A stretch of 44,050 nt of DNA from Methylotenera sp. (GCA_005791685.1 SXVG01000023.1:1-44050), one strand, 5' to 3'. Shown: positions 9,576 to 19,458, numbered from the stretch's first letter. Program-made: numbers and translations. The notes: generated by a model from the sequence alone, not told the origin.

Positions 9576-11003
9576 ATGGCCGAAAAGTTACTTTTCTTAA
9601 CCGGTAAATTGGCCGAAAAGAGCTTAAGCAAGGTCTTAGCGCAAGTGCAAGCGCAGCGCCATTCTACCAGCCCAGCTTTTAAATACCGCATAGCGCAAAT
9701 AGGCGTGTCGGTGGCGGCACTCATGACCCCCGATTTAATCGCCCGTCGGCTTAAAGATAGCGGCGATGCGGACAAAGTCATTCTGCCCGGTCTTTGTTCA
9801 GGGGATATTGCCCCTTTGGCGGCCCAATACGGGGTGCCGGTGGAGCGCGGTCCAGCCGATCTAAAAGATTTACCGCAGTACTTTGGGCAAGTTGGTTTGG
9901 CGCCGGATTTAAGCGCTTACAGTGTGCAGATTTTTGCCGAGATAGTCGACGCCCCCTTACTCAGTGTCGCCGGCATTGTTGCTAAAGCGCAAGCCTATCA
10001 AGCACAGGGCGCCAATGTGATTGATTTGGGTTGTTTGCCTGGCGTGCCTTTCCCGCATTTAAAAGACGCCGTGCAAGCGCTCAAAGCCTTGGATTTTCAA
10101 GTCAGCGTCGACTCATTAAGCAGTGACGATTTGCTTACCGCCGGTCATGCCGGCGCCGATTTTTTGCTGAGTTTGACAGAAAACACCCTGTGGATAGCGC
10201 ATGAAGTGGCGGCCACGCCTATTTTAATTCCAGCTAAGCCGCATCATTTGCCGTCGCTGTACAGAGCGATAGACGCTTGCTTAAAAGTGGGCAAGCCTTT
10301 TATTGCCGATGCCATATTGGATCCCATCCATTTTGGCCTGACACAGTCCATCGTGCGTTATCAAAAATTGCGTAAAAAATACCCGGCAATTAACGTCATG
10401 ATGGGCATAGGTAATTTGACCGAATTGACCGATGCCGACACCACTGGCATTAATGCTTTGTTGTTTGGCATTATCAGTGAATTAAACATCAACGCGGTGC
10501 TGGCCACTTCGGTCAGCCCGCATGCAGTGAATGCCATCGCTGAAGCCGATTTGGCCAGACGTATTATGCATGCCGCGAAAACCGATGACAGGTTGCCGCG
10601 TGCTTACAGCCACGGTTTGTTGGGTTTGCATGATAGGCGTCCATTCACCTATAGCGTGGATGAAATTAAAGACATCGCCAGCATGGTAAAAGACCCTAAC
10701 TTCCGCATACAGGTAAGCGAACAGGGCTTGCACGTTTACAATCGAGACGGCTTGCATCAAGCCACCGACCCCTTTGCCCTCTATCCGCAGTTGGGTGTAG
10801 AAAATGATGCCTCACACGCTTTTTATTTAGGGGTGGAATTGGCGCGTGCGCAAATTGCTTGGCAACTCAATAAGCGCTATGTGCAAGATCAAGCCTTGGA
10901 GTGGGGTGTAAGCGCAGCGCCTAGTCAGCCTGAGGCTAAAATAGCCCACCGTGAGGCCGCGCTGAGCGCCCGTAAATTAGCTGCTAAAAAAGCAAAAACA
11001 TGA
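9576..11003 (+). CDS. Dihydropteroate-synthase-like H4MPT biosynthesis protein (methylotroph Orf20)
   Basis: LFLTGKLAE N-domain, IFAEIVDAP, GANVIDLGC, GIGNLTELTDADT, C-terminal HAFYLGVELARA..Y.QD. Confidence 0.88.
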   Translation: MAEKLLFLTGKLAEKSLSKVLAQVQAQRHSTSPAFKYRIAQIGVSVAALMTPDLIARRLKDSGDADKVILPGLCSGDIAPLAAQYGVPVERGPADLKDLPQYFGQVGLAPDLSAYSVQIFAEIVDAPLLSVAGIVAKAQAYQAQGANVIDLGCLPGVPFPHLKDAVQALKALDFQVSVDSLSSDDLLTAGHAGADFLLSLTENTLWIAHEVAATPILIPAKPHHLPSLYRAIDACLKVGKPFIADAILDPIHFGLTQSIVRYQKLRKKYPAINVMMGIGNLTELTDADTTGINALLFGIISELNINAVLATSVSPHAVNAIAEADLARRIMHAAKTDDRLPRAYSHGLLGLHDRRPFTYSVDEIKDIASMVKDPNFRIQVSEQGLHVYNRDGLHQATDPFALYPQLGVENDASHAFYLGVELARAQIAWQLNKRYVQDQALEWGVSAAPSQPEAKIAHREAALSARKLAAKKAKT

Positions 11004-11575
11004 TATTTGAGACCATCATCAGCAGCGTGAACAGCCAGGGCGAGGTCCATGTCGCGCCCTTTGGCATACAAAGGCAAGGGGATAGGGTGATCATCTCGCC
11101 GTACAAACCCTCGCTCACACTGACCAATATGCTGGCTAGCCAGCACGCCGTCATGAATTTGACCGATGATGTGCGGGTGTTTGCCGGCGCCTTAACCAAC
11201 AGGCAGGCTTGGCAGTTGTTGCCGGCGGATACTATAGCCGGCTTTAGGTTGGCGAATAGTTTGGCCCATGAAGAATTAAAGCTGGTCGAGGTGCACGACG
11301 ATGCCGTGCGTCCGCAATTGTGCATGCAGGTGTTGCACAAAGCGCAGCATCAGGCATTTGCTGGTTTTAATCGTGCGCAAGCCGCAGTCATTGAGTTGGC
11401 GGTGTTGGCCAGTCGCTTACCGCGGTTGACGCAAGACAAAGTGTTAACGGAAATGCAGTATTTGCAAATAGCCATGGATAAAACCGCCGGTGAGCGCGAG
11501 TGGCAAGCTTGGGGCTGGCTCAGCGAAAAAATAGAAAACTACTACGCCGCCCAAACTGGCCAGAATTTAGCATGA
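11000..11575 (+). CDS. DUF447 family protein (methylotroph Orf19, H4MPT-linked)
   Basis: IFETIISS..HVAPFG and GFNRAQAAVIELAVLASRL signature; ATGA overlap with orf20. Confidence 0.85.
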   Translation: MIFETIISSVNSQGEVHVAPFGIQRQGDRVIISPYKPSLTLTNMLASQHAVMNLTDDVRVFAGALTNRQAWQLLPADTIAGFRLANSLAHEELKLVEVHDDAVRPQLCMQVLHKAQHQAFAGFNRAQAAVIELAVLASRLPRLTQDKVLTEMQYLQIAMDKTAGEREWQAWGWLSEKIENYYAAQTGQNLA

Positions 11576-12288
11576 ATGCCCCCTTAGCTCACAGCCTTAA
11601 ACGGCCACAATTATTGATCAGCGTCAGCACGGTGCTGGAGGCGAAAATTGCCTTAGAAGAGGGTGCTGACATCATCGATCTAAAAAATCCAGCGACCGGC
11701 GCCCTAGGCGCTTTGCCACTGGACGACATCAAGGCCATCGTGGCGTTTATAAAAAATCAGCCGCTAGCGCATGGGCGATTATGCAGTGCTACTTTGGGCG
11801 ATTTGCCCATGTTGCCTGAGCAACTGTTGCCACCATTAGAGCAAGTCATGGCCGGTGGTGTGGATATCATTAAAATAGGCTTTTTTGCCTGTGAGGATTA
11901 CCAAGCCTGTTTAAACGCAGTTAAACCCTATGCCCAAGCCGGCCATCAATTGGTGGCCGTGCTGTTGGCTGAAACCGCCTATGACGATGGTTTAATTGCC
12001 GCCATTGGGCAGGCGGGGTTTATAGGGGTGATGCTGGATACTGAAATTAAAAATGGCTTGAGCCTGTTTGATTGCTGCAGTTTGGAGCAGCTTAACCATG
12101 TCGCTCAGCAAGTTTTGGCGCAAGGCTTGTTGTTGGGTTTGGCCGGCTCGTTACGAGAATGCCACGTGGCAGCAGCGAAAAAACTGCAGCCGCACTACAT
12201 CGGTTTTAGAGGCGGTGTTTGTCGTGATCATCAACGGCAATCCAGTCTGGATGCCGAGAAAATTAAAGTAATTCGTAAGTTGCTGTAG
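11572..12288 (+). CDS. mfnB: (5-formylfuran-3-yl)methyl phosphate synthase MfnB-like (Orf22, DUF556)
   Basis: LLISV..EA...GADIIDLKNP..GALGA, SATLGD, GVMLDT, GLAGSL, GFRGGVC. Start placed at the ATGA overlap at 11572. Confidence 0.87.
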   Translation: MNAPLAHSLKRPQLLISVSTVLEAKIALEEGADIIDLKNPATGALGALPLDDIKAIVAFIKNQPLAHGRLCSATLGDLPMLPEQLLPPLEQVMAGGVDIIKIGFFACEDYQACLNAVKPYAQAGHQLVAVLLAETAYDDGLIAAIGQAGFIGVMLDTEIKNGLSLFDCCSLEQLNHVAQQVLAQGLLLGLAGSLRECHVAAAKKLQPHYIGFRGGVCRDHQRQSSLDAEKIKVIRKLL

Positions 12289-12366
12289 AATTTTGTTAAT
12301 ATAGGCATGAGGCATGTAACTGGGCGGGCAGTAGCCCAAGTCGCCTACCGTGTAAGGAGCAGTGAT

Positions 12367-13470
12367 ATGCAAAATAACCGTATTCGTTTAGTCTTAGGCG
12401 CCGTGTTGAGCTTGGTGGCATTAAATGCTTTAGCCAATGATAGCTACAGTGGCGCTTGGTACGCCGTGCCAGGGGTGAGCTTAATCGACACAGACAAAGA
12501 TTTAGCAGCAAAAAATGGTGCTGGCGCCTCTATCCGCCTAGGCAAAGAACTCAGCCCGCATTGGGACATACAATCTGGCATCAACTATGCCAGCGCTAAC
12601 GATGATCTTGGTGTGGCGGGGCGTTACAAACAAACCAGCCTAGGTCTGGATGCCTTGTATATGCTAGGTCGCGATAGTTTCCGCCCATTTTTGCTAACCG
12701 GCTTAGGTGTGGCCAATAACAAGATAGATTACTCAACCACACCGGCTGTTCAAGATAAAAGCAAAACCTCGTGGCTAGCCAACATAGGCTTGGGCGCACA
12801 GTATTTATTCAATGATAGCTTTGGTGTGCAAGCCGATGTGCGGCAGCAATGGACACGCTCTACCGCTAAGGCCAATGGGGTGTTCGATGCGGACGGTACG
12901 CTGGGCAATACCTTGCTTAATCTAGGCGGTATCTTCCGCTTTGCTGCCCCCACAGCACTGCTTGTGGTCGAATCTGCGCCAGCAGCAGCGCCCGTGGCGC
13001 CTAGCGTTGTCGCCGATGCGCCGATTTCAGCGCCATCAGCCAGTTTAGCGCCAGAGCCTGTGGTCGACTGCAAACCGACATTTGAAACCGTGACTATTTT
13101 GGCGGAAAAGTTGTTTGTTTTTGACCAATATAAACTGCAAGATAATGCCAAACCCATGCTGGACGAAGTGGTCGCTAAAATTAAAGCCAATGCCGATGTT
13201 GAATTGGTGTTAGTCACCGGCCATACCGATAGATTGGGTTCGGAAGCCTATAACCAAAAATTGTCTGAGCGTCGGGCTAATCAGGTCAAAACCTATTTGA
13301 TGAGCCAAGGCGTGCCGGCTAAACGCTTGCAAGCTAGCGGTAAGGGCGAGGCTGAGCCTGTGGTGGCATGCAAAGGCGATAAGCCCAGCAAAAAACTCAT
13401 AGAGTGCTTGCAGCCTAACCGCCGCGTGGTGATTTCAGCAGAGAAGCAACGCGAAACTCCTTGCCGTTAG
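12367..13470 (+). CDS. OmpA-family outer membrane protein (beta-barrel, Ala/Pro linker, peptidoglycan-binding domain)
   Basis: AAGGAG RBS before ATG 12367; signal peptide; GHTDRLGS..YNQKLSERRA; NRRV with paired Cys. Confidence 0.93.
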   Translation: MQNNRIRLVLGAVLSLVALNALANDSYSGAWYAVPGVSLIDTDKDLAAKNGAGASIRLGKELSPHWDIQSGINYASANDDLGVAGRYKQTSLGLDALYMLGRDSFRPFLLTGLGVANNKIDYSTTPAVQDKSKTSWLANIGLGAQYLFNDSFGVQADVRQQWTRSTAKANGVFDADGTLGNTLLNLGGIFRFAAPTALLVVESAPAAAPVAPSVVADAPISAPSASLAPEPVVDCKPTFETVTILAEKLFVFDQYKLQDNAKPMLDEVVAKIKANADVELVLVTGHTDRLGSEAYNQKLSERRANQVKTYLMSQGVPAKRLQASGKGEAEPVVACKGDKPSKKLIECLQPNRRVVISAEKQRETPCR

Positions 13471-13479
13471 GAGTTTTAT
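13454..13479 (+). terminator. Hairpin/putative intrinsic terminator overlapping the OmpA stop codon
   Basis: AAACTCCT-N7-AGGAGTTT followed by TAT, between convergent genes. Confidence 0.45.
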
Positions 13480-13491
13480 GCGAATGAATCC

Positions 13492-13710
13492 TCACGAATC
13501 TGCTGACTCAGGCTGATTGCGATTATTCATAAAATCATCGCTGAATTTATCTAAACTGCTGGCAAGCGCATCCCAAGAGTGATTTTCTGGTATGAGTACC
13601 ACGCTATCGCCTAATCTTTTGATGATGACTTCGTTGCCTTCAAATCGAAACTCTTTGGGTAGGCGCACTGCCTGACTTTGTCCATTCTGGAATAATTTAG
13701 CCGTTTTCAT
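13492..13710 (-). CDS. vapB: VapB-type antitoxin (AbrB/SpoVT fold) with no adjacent toxin
   Basis: MKTAKLFQNGQSQAVRLPKEFRF signature; AAGGAG RBS. Confidence 0.93.
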   Translation of the reverse strand: MKTAKLFQNGQSQAVRLPKEFRFEGNEVIIKRLGDSVVLIPENHSWDALASSLDKFSDDFMNNRNQPESADS

Positions 13711-13736
13711 GGCAATCTCCTTAATATGGATTTAAA

Positions 13737-13745
13737 GTATATATA
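13737..13745 (-). promoter_or_regulatory. Putative vapB -10 (TATACT) overlapping a TATATATA palindrome (possible autorepression operator)
   Basis: The minus strand reads TATATATACT, about 25 nt upstream of the vapB start. Confidence 0.4.
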
Positions 13746-13844
13746 AAGAAGCTGATGCTAGGTTGGGATTGTGGAATGATTTTAACCTAAGCTTACAGCC
13801 ACATAAATCTAATCGGCGCCTAGGTGCGTCAGAGTCGCAACTGC

Positions 13845-13853
13845 TGTTAGAAT
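13845..13853 (+). promoter_or_regulatory. Extended -10 promoter (TGtTAGAAT) of mtaD-ubiG-gph
   Basis: Near-consensus element ending 8 nt before the ATG. Confidence 0.55.
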
Positions 13854-13861
13854 AACAGGCT

Positions 13862-15214
13862 ATGGCTAATAGCAATCAATTATCCCCCGCAGTTATTGAC
13901 GTCGATCTCATTATAGAAGCGCGCTGGATAGCAAGCATGGCGCAGGATTTCGTTCTGCTTGAGCACCACGCTGTGGTGGTCAAGGCAGGGCTGATTGTGG
14001 CTTTGTTGCCCAGTGCGGAAGCTCATCAACGCTACCGGGCGGCCGAACAGTTTAGTTTGGGTGAGCAGTTGTTAATTCCCGGTTTGATCAACGCCCACAC
14101 GCATGCGGCCATGAGCTTAATGCGTGGCATGGCCGACGACGTGCCCTTGATGCCCTGGCTAGAACAGCACATTTGGCCGGCTGAGCAAGCCTTGTTGTCA
14201 GCGCAGTTTGTGCAAGACGGCAGTTTATTGGCTTGTGCTGAAATGCTTAGTGGCGGCATTAGCTGTTTTAACGACATGTATTTTTACCCGCAAGCCACCG
14301 CCAATGCGGCTACTCAAGCCGGCATGCGGGCTAATTTAGGCTTATTGGTGTTGGACTTCCCTTCGGCCTACGCCAATGATGCCGACGATTATTTGCAAAA
14401 AGGCTTTGATGCGCATGATGTTTGGCGTAACAATGCGCTGATTAGCTCCTCCATCGCGCCGCACGCACCTTATACGGTGTCCGATGCAAGCTTGGGAAAA
14501 GTCGTCACCTATGCTGAGCAATTGGGCTTGGGTGTGCATAGCCATATTCATGAAACACAGGATGAGATTGCCCGTAGTGAAGCGCAATATGGTTTGCGGC
14601 CGATTGCCAGGTTGGCTAAATTGGGCGTACTGGGCCCCAATTTACTGGCGGCGCACGCGGTGCATTTGTTGGATTACGAGATGGATATGTTGGCCGCTTA
14701 CGCTTGCCATGTGGTGCATTGTCCCAGTTCGAATTTAAAGTTAGCGAGTGGCATCGCGCCGGTGGCAGCTTTGCTGGCCAAGGGCGTCAATGTGGCCTTG
14801 GGCACTGACGGTGCGGCCAGCAATAATCGCTTGGATATGTTCAGTGAAATGCGTTTAGCCGCTTTGTTGGCTAAGGGTGCGACAGGCGATGCCAGCGTTT
14901 TACCTGCGCAGCAAGCCTTGGCCATGGCGACCATTAACGGGGCGAAAGCCTTAGGCTTAGACGACAAAATAGGCTCGATAGAGGTGGGTAAGTGCGCCGA
15001 TTTGACGGCCATACGCTTGGACGATGTGTTGCTTGCCCCTTGTTATGAGCCGATTTCGCATTTGGTTTATTGTTGCGGCAGGGAGCAGGTGAGCCACACC
15101 TGGGTGGCCGGTGAATTGCGTTATTGCAATGGCGTGTATGCCAATATAGAGCCTAACGAATTAAAGGACATAGTAAAGACATGGCAAGCAAAAATACGGC
15201 AAATACAGCACTAA
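13862..15214 (+). CDS. mtaD: TRZ/ATZ-family amidohydrolase (5'-methylthioadenosine/S-adenosylhomocysteine deaminase)
   Basis: [38 protein letters not shown]; conserved position upstream of ubiG-gph. Confidence 0.88.
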   Translation: MANSNQLSPAVIDVDLIIEARWIASMAQDFVLLEHHAVVVKAGLIVALLPSAEAHQRYRAAEQFSLGEQLLIPGLINAHTHAAMSLMRGMADDVPLMPWLEQHIWPAEQALLSAQFVQDGSLLACAEMLSGGISCFNDMYFYPQATANAATQAGMRANLGLLVLDFPSAYANDADDYLQKGFDAHDVWRNNALISSSIAPHAPYTVSDASLGKVVTYAEQLGLGVHSHIHETQDEIARSEAQYGLRPIARLAKLGVLGPNLLAAHAVHLLDYEMDMLAAYACHVVHCPSSNLKLASGIAPVAALLAKGVNVALGTDGAASNNRLDMFSEMRLAALLAKGATGDASVLPAQQALAMATINGAKALGLDDKIGSIEVGKCADLTAIRLDDVLLAPCYEPISHLVYCCGREQVSHTWVAGELRYCNGVYANIEPNELKDIVKTWQAKIRQIQH

Positions 15215-15921
15215 GCCCCGCGCGCTTGAACGCTGATCAAGCCGAGTTGCAAAAGTTTGCGACGCTCGCGCATAAATGGTGGGATAAAAACAGCGAGTTT
15301 AAGCCCTTGCATGAAATCAACCCCTTACGCCTCAACTGGATTAACGGCTTGGTCGATTTAAAAGGTAAACGCGTGCTCGATGTGGGCTGTGGTGGCGGCA
15401 TCTTGTCGGAATCCATGCATTTTAAGGGCGCTAAAGTGACCGGCATTGATTTAGGTGAAAAAGCCCTCAACGTGGCTAAATTGCATCAGTTGGAAAGCGG
15501 TGCCGAAGTTGACTACCAATGCATCTCGGTTGAGCAATTGGCGGCGCTGGAACCCGCCAGTTTTGATGTGGTCACCTGCATGGAGATGCTCGAGCATGTG
15601 CCTGATCCAGCCTCCATCGTGGCCGCTTGCGCCAAATTGGTGAAGCCCAATGGCGCGGTATTTTTTTCCACCATCAACCGCAATCCTAAAGCCTATTTAT
15701 TGGCCGTCATAGGCGCTGAATACCTGCTTAACTTGCTGGCCAAAGGCACGCACGATTACGCTAAATTCATTAAACCGTCTGAGCTGTCTAGCTGGGCGCG
15801 TGATGCCAAATTGGACGTCATGAGCTTGCGTGGCATGGGCTATCACCCATTCAAACAAAGCTACCATTTAAGCGACGACGTGGCGGTTAATTATTTAATG
15901 CATACGGTGTTGTCCGCATGA
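15181..15921 (+). CDS. ubiG: Ubiquinone biosynthesis O-methyltransferase UbiG (start may be TTG at 15226)
   Basis: KF...AHKWWD...[43 protein letters not shown]. Confidence 0.97.
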   Translation: MASKNTANTALSPARLNADQAELQKFATLAHKWWDKNSEFKPLHEINPLRLNWINGLVDLKGKRVLDVGCGGGILSESMHFKGAKVTGIDLGEKALNVAKLHQLESGAEVDYQCISVEQLAALEPASFDVVTCMEMLEHVPDPASIVAACAKLVKPNGAVFFSTINRNPKAYLLAVIGAEYLLNLLAKGTHDYAKFIKPSELSSWARDAKLDVMSLRGMGYHPFKQSYHLSDDVAVNYLMHTVLSA

Positions 15922-16589
15922 GTGTGGTGTTATTCGATTTAGACGGCACCTTGGTCGATACCGCCCACGATCTAGGTTTGGCGCTCAATCTGCAGTTAGC
16001 CAAGCATGGCCAGCCAACCCTGCCGCACGATGCTATTTGGCCGGTCGCCTCGCATGGCACCAGCGGCTTGTTGGCGCTGGGTTTTAATATCAGCTTGGCG
16101 GACAGTCATTTTGAGGCCATGCGTTTGGAATATTTGGATTTATACCAATCGGTGTATACCAATAATCCACTGTTCATGCCTGGCATAGCCGACATGCTGG
16201 CGGCTTTAGATAGCAAGGGCATTAGATGGGGCATCGTGACCAATAAGCCCAGACGTTTTTCGGTGGATCTAACCAAGGCGGTTAAGTTGGCTGACAGCAG
16301 TTTATTCGAGCGTGCTGCTTGTTTGCTGTGCGGTGACGATGCACCGCAACCTAAGCCGGCCCCCGATACTTTGTTGATGGCGTGTGCCGCGATGAACTGC
16401 CGTCCTGAGCAATGCATTTATGTGGGTGATGCCGAGCGTGACGTGGAGGCGGCTAAGGCCGCTGGCATGAAGGCGGTGGTGGCTTTATTTGGTTACTTGG
16501 CTGAGACGGATAAGCCGCATGAATGGGGTGCCGATGCCTTTATTAATACCCCGGCCGCCTTGCTGGAAAATCTCAGTTGTTGTGATTAA
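15918..16589 (+). CDS. gph: HAD phosphatase (phosphoglycolate phosphatase Gph / MupP-like)
   Basis: [25 protein letters not shown] motifs; ATGA overlap with ubiG. Confidence 0.88.
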   Translation: MSVVLFDLDGTLVDTAHDLGLALNLQLAKHGQPTLPHDAIWPVASHGTSGLLALGFNISLADSHFEAMRLEYLDLYQSVYTNNPLFMPGIADMLAALDSKGIRWGIVTNKPRRFSVDLTKAVKLADSSLFERAACLLCGDDAPQPKPAPDTLLMACAAMNCRPEQCIYVGDAERDVEAAKAAGMKAVVALFGYLAETDKPHEWGADAFINTPAALLENLSCCD

Positions 16590-16604
16590 TGCGGTAGCAT
16601 CACT

Positions 16605-17204
16605 TTAGGTGATGCGGCGTCTTTCTAGCATGGCTTGGGCGAGGGTGCCACTGTCCACGTATTCTATTTCTCCACCCATGGGCATGCCACGGGCAATGCG
16701 GCTGGTTTTGATGCCGCGCGCCTTAAGCAGTTCGCTGATGTAATGCGCGGTGGCATCGCCTTCTACCGTGTAATTGGTGGCCAATACCACTTCTTGCACC
16801 ACGCCGTCTTGCGCGCGTTTAATCAGTTTATCCAGGTGAATTTCTTTAGGCCCCACCCCGTCTAGCGGTGACAAGCGACCCATTAATACAAAATACATGC
16901 CGCTGTAGGCGCGGGTATTTTCCAGCATCAGTAAGTCGGTAGGCATTTCCACCACGCACAACAAATGCTTATCGCGATTTTCTGAGGCACACAGCGGACA
17001 CACGGTTTGTTCGCTAAAGGTGTTGCATAGATGGCAATGATCGACCACCTGCAGGGCTTGATCCAGTGCCGAGGCCAAAGCGCTGGCGCCTTTTCTATCA
17101 CGTTGCAATAAATAGTAAGCCATGCGCTGTGCGGACTTAGGCCCTACGCCAGGTAAGCAACGTAAACTGTCTATCAGCCGTTCTAGGGCAGGTGGGTTTT
17201 TCAT
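16605..17204 (-). CDS. recR: Recombination mediator RecR
   Basis: [11 protein letters not shown] HhH motif, C4 zinc finger, TOPRIM domain (VVE, EGDATA). Confidence 0.98.
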   Translation of the reverse strand: MKNPPALERLIDSLRCLPGVGPKSAQRMAYYLLQRDRKGASALASALDQALQVVDHCHLCNTFSEQTVCPLCASENRDKHLLCVVEMPTDLLMLENTRAYSGMYFVLMGRLSPLDGVGPKEIHLDKLIKRAQDGVVQEVVLATNYTVEGDATAHYISELLKARGIKTSRIARGMPMGGEIEYVDSGTLAQAMLERRRIT

Positions 17205-17226
17205 TAAGCGTGAATAAGGGTTGAGC

Positions 17227-17535
17227 TTAAAATGGCAGTTTCATGCCAGCCGGCATGTAGTTGGCCATGCGCGCCGACGAAGTGGCTTCGGCTTTAGCCG
17301 TGGCATCTTTTAAAGCAATCACCAATAAATCTTCCAAGGTTTCTTTGTCGTCCATGACGCTGTCGTCTAGGGTGACGCGTTTGACCACATTGTTGCAAGC
17401 CATGGTCACTTTAACCAAGCCATTGCTGGCCACGCCTTCCACGTCGATATTAGCCAATTCTGCCTGGGCTTTTTGCATGTTTGCTTGCATTTGCTGGGCC
17501 TGTTTCATCATATTGGCCATGCCGCCTTTCATCAT
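17227..17535 (-). CDS. ybaB: Nucleoid-associated protein YbaB/EbfC
   Basis: [23 protein letters not shown]; lies between dnaX and recR. Confidence 0.96.
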   Translation of the reverse strand: MMKGGMANMMKQAQQMQANMQKAQAELANIDVEGVASNGLVKVTMACNNVVKRVTLDDSVMDDKETLEDLLVIALKDATAKAEATSSARMANYMPAGMKLPF

Positions 17536-17563
17536 AGTGCTGCTCCTGGTATTAAATTAAAGG

Positions 17564-19222
17564 TTAAATAGGTTTGATGCTGTTAGGAATGATTTGTGCG
17601 CCAAAATCGTTGATCAAGGCTTGCACAAAACTGTCGTTGTCTATGGCGGTTTGCGCCGTGCTTTGTGCCTGCGCTTTTTCTTGGCTGATTTGTTGGGCTG
17701 GGGTGTTGCCGCTGCCACCCACACTGAATTGCAATTTTATCTTTCTATCGAAATGCTGACTGATGGCGCTGCTTAATTTTTCTTGGTAATTGGGCAGCAG
17801 CAAGTGTTTTTGCGCTTCTGGTACGCTGAGGCTGATGCTGTTTTCATCAAAACTAATGAGTTCGCAGTTCTGCGATAAGGCGCGCGCTAGGCCCAATTTT
17901 AATTGATCAACCAAGCCACGCCAATTGCCATTAAATTGCCCAACCACGGCCATGGGTGCGTCAGTTTTTGTAGTTATCGTGTCTGCGGATAGTGGGGACT
18001 GTGCTTCTGGTGCCGGCTGACTGACTATTACGTCGGCGTTTGTTTCTATGGGGGCGACGTCAGGGTGGGGCGCTACTGCTGGCGTTGCGCTCAGAATTTT
18101 TGCTGGCGGCGTGTGCGTAGTGGTGGCGCGCTCTGCTTGGCTAGGGGTGAAGGCCAGCATGCGTAACAAAGTCATGCTAAACCCGGCAAATTCGTCCGGG
18201 GCTAAGCTGATGTCGCGGCGACCGAGCAAGGCGATTTGATAATACAACTGCAAGCTTGCCGCCGGTATTCTTTGTGCTAAATCGAGCAAGATGGCGCGCT
18301 CGGGCAAGTCATTGGCCACGCTGTCTGGCACCGTTTGAGCCACGGCTATTTGATGCAGCAATTGCGCCAAATCGTTTAAGGCGCTTTCAAACGACAGGCT
18401 ACGTTGTTCCATGGCCTGGGCCTGGGCGATTAATGCCACGCCATCGCCGGCCAGTAGAGCATTGAGCAGTTGATACAAATAGCTTTGGTCGATGGCGCCT
18501 AACATGGCACGCACTTCGGCTTCATTGACCGTTTGGCCGCCATAGGCGATGGCTTGGTCGGTTAAAGATAAGGCGTCACGCATGCTGCCATCCGCTGCGC
18601 GGGCGATGAGGTGTAAGGCAGATGCTTGATAGGGGATGGCCTCTTGTGTCAGTATGTTTTGCAAGTGCTCGATGATGGAGTTGCCGGCCATTTGCCGTAA
18701 ATTGAACTGCAAGCAACGTGACAACACCGTGACCGGTACTTTTTGCGGATCGGTGGTGGCCAGTATGAATTTTACGTGTGCCGGCGGTTCTTCCAGCGTT
18801 TTAAGCATGGCGTTGAAAGCACTTTTGGACAGCATGTGCACTTCAGCGATGATGTAGACCTTAAAGCGACCGGCGGTGGGTGTATACTGGGCATTGTCTA
18901 ACAAATCGCGCATGGCGTCGACTTGGGTATTGCTGGCAGCATCGACTTCGATTAAATCAACAAAACGACCGCGATCAATTTCCGTGCAAGCACCGCATAC
19001 GCCGCAAGGCTTGGCGCTAATGCCGGTTTCGCAGTTTAAAGATTTGGCTAAAATACGGGCTAAGGTGGTTTTACCTACCCCGCGGGTGCCGGTAAATAAA
19101 TAGGCATGGTGCAAGCGTTGTTGCTCCAATGCGTTGCTTAAGGCGCGCACCACATGGTCTTGTCCAACCAAGGTTTCGAATGATTTTGGGCGCCATTTAC
19201 GCGCCAGTACTTGGTAGCTCAT
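17564..19222 (-). CDS. dnaX: DNA polymerase III subunit gamma/tau
   Basis: MSYQVLARKWRP, Walker A GTRGVGKT, zinc Cys cluster, SRC motif. Walker B reads AEVH instead of DEVH. Confidence 0.98.
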   Translation of the reverse strand: MSYQVLARKWRPKSFETLVGQDHVVRALSNALEQQRLHHAYLFTGTRGVGKTTLARILAKSLNCETGISAKPCGVCGACTEIDRGRFVDLIEVDAASNTQVDAMRDLLDNAQYTPTAGRFKVYIIAEVHMLSKSAFNAMLKTLEEPPAHVKFILATTDPQKVPVTVLSRCLQFNLRQMAGNSIIEHLQNILTQEAIPYQASALHLIARAADGSMRDALSLTDQAIAYGGQTVNEAEVRAMLGAIDQSYLYQLLNALLAGDGVALIAQAQAMEQRSLSFESALNDLAQLLHQIAVAQTVPDSVANDLPERAILLDLAQRIPAASLQLYYQIALLGRRDISLAPDEFAGFSMTLLRMLAFTPSQAERATTTHTPPAKILSATPAVAPHPDVAPIETNADVIVSQPAPEAQSPLSADTITTKTDAPMAVVGQFNGNWRGLVDQLKLGLARALSQNCELISFDENSISLSVPEAQKHLLLPNYQEKLSSAISQHFDRKIKLQFSVGGSGNTPAQQISQEKAQAQSTAQTAIDNDSFVQALINDFGAQIIPNSIKPI

Positions 19223-19347
19223 GAGATTAATGCATCTGCTTTCATTGCTAATTTAATCGAATTTGGTAAAAACCCACAATAGCACTTTAGCCGAATTTAT
19301 TGAGCAAGTGTTAGGTCTCGTTATCACTGGCTTGCTCGCATCAATAG

Positions 19348-19444
19348 GGAGGCGAGCCTTGACCCCGGCACTTGCTCAATAGTTGTGGCTGCTTGCTTCC
19401 GCACCTGACCAAGTTGGCTACTTCACAATGCGGGGAGGCCCGCC
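19348..19444 (-). ncRNA. ffs: Signal recognition particle 4.5S RNA
   Basis: Minus strand contains GGTCAGGTGCGGAAGCAAGCAGCC (domain IV with GGAA tetraloop). Ends GGCGGGCCT / AGGCTCGCC pair. Sits in the conserved position upstream of dnaX. Confidence 0.95.
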
Positions 19445-19452
19445 AAGCCGTC

Positions 19453-19458
19453 ATTTTA
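19453..19458 (-). promoter_or_regulatory. Putative -10 (TAAAAT) of ffs
   Basis: TAAAAT 8 nt upstream of the predicted 5' end of the RNA. Confidence 0.55.

Noticed and set aside
11500-11571. N-terminal extensions in the ORF track (mfnB from 11500, ompA from 12307, hslR from 36117)
   Set aside because: Downstream starts fit better: ATGA coupling, RBS position and family-typical N-termini.
13478-13515. GATTC/GAGTC-type repeats at the vapB 3' end as a relic of the heptamer family
   Set aside because: Spacing is irregular and similarity is too weak to support.
17564-18100. Programmed -1 frameshift or slippage site producing DnaX gamma
   Set aside because: No A AAA AAG heptamer or long A-run found on the coding strand in the linker region; only A5 runs are present.
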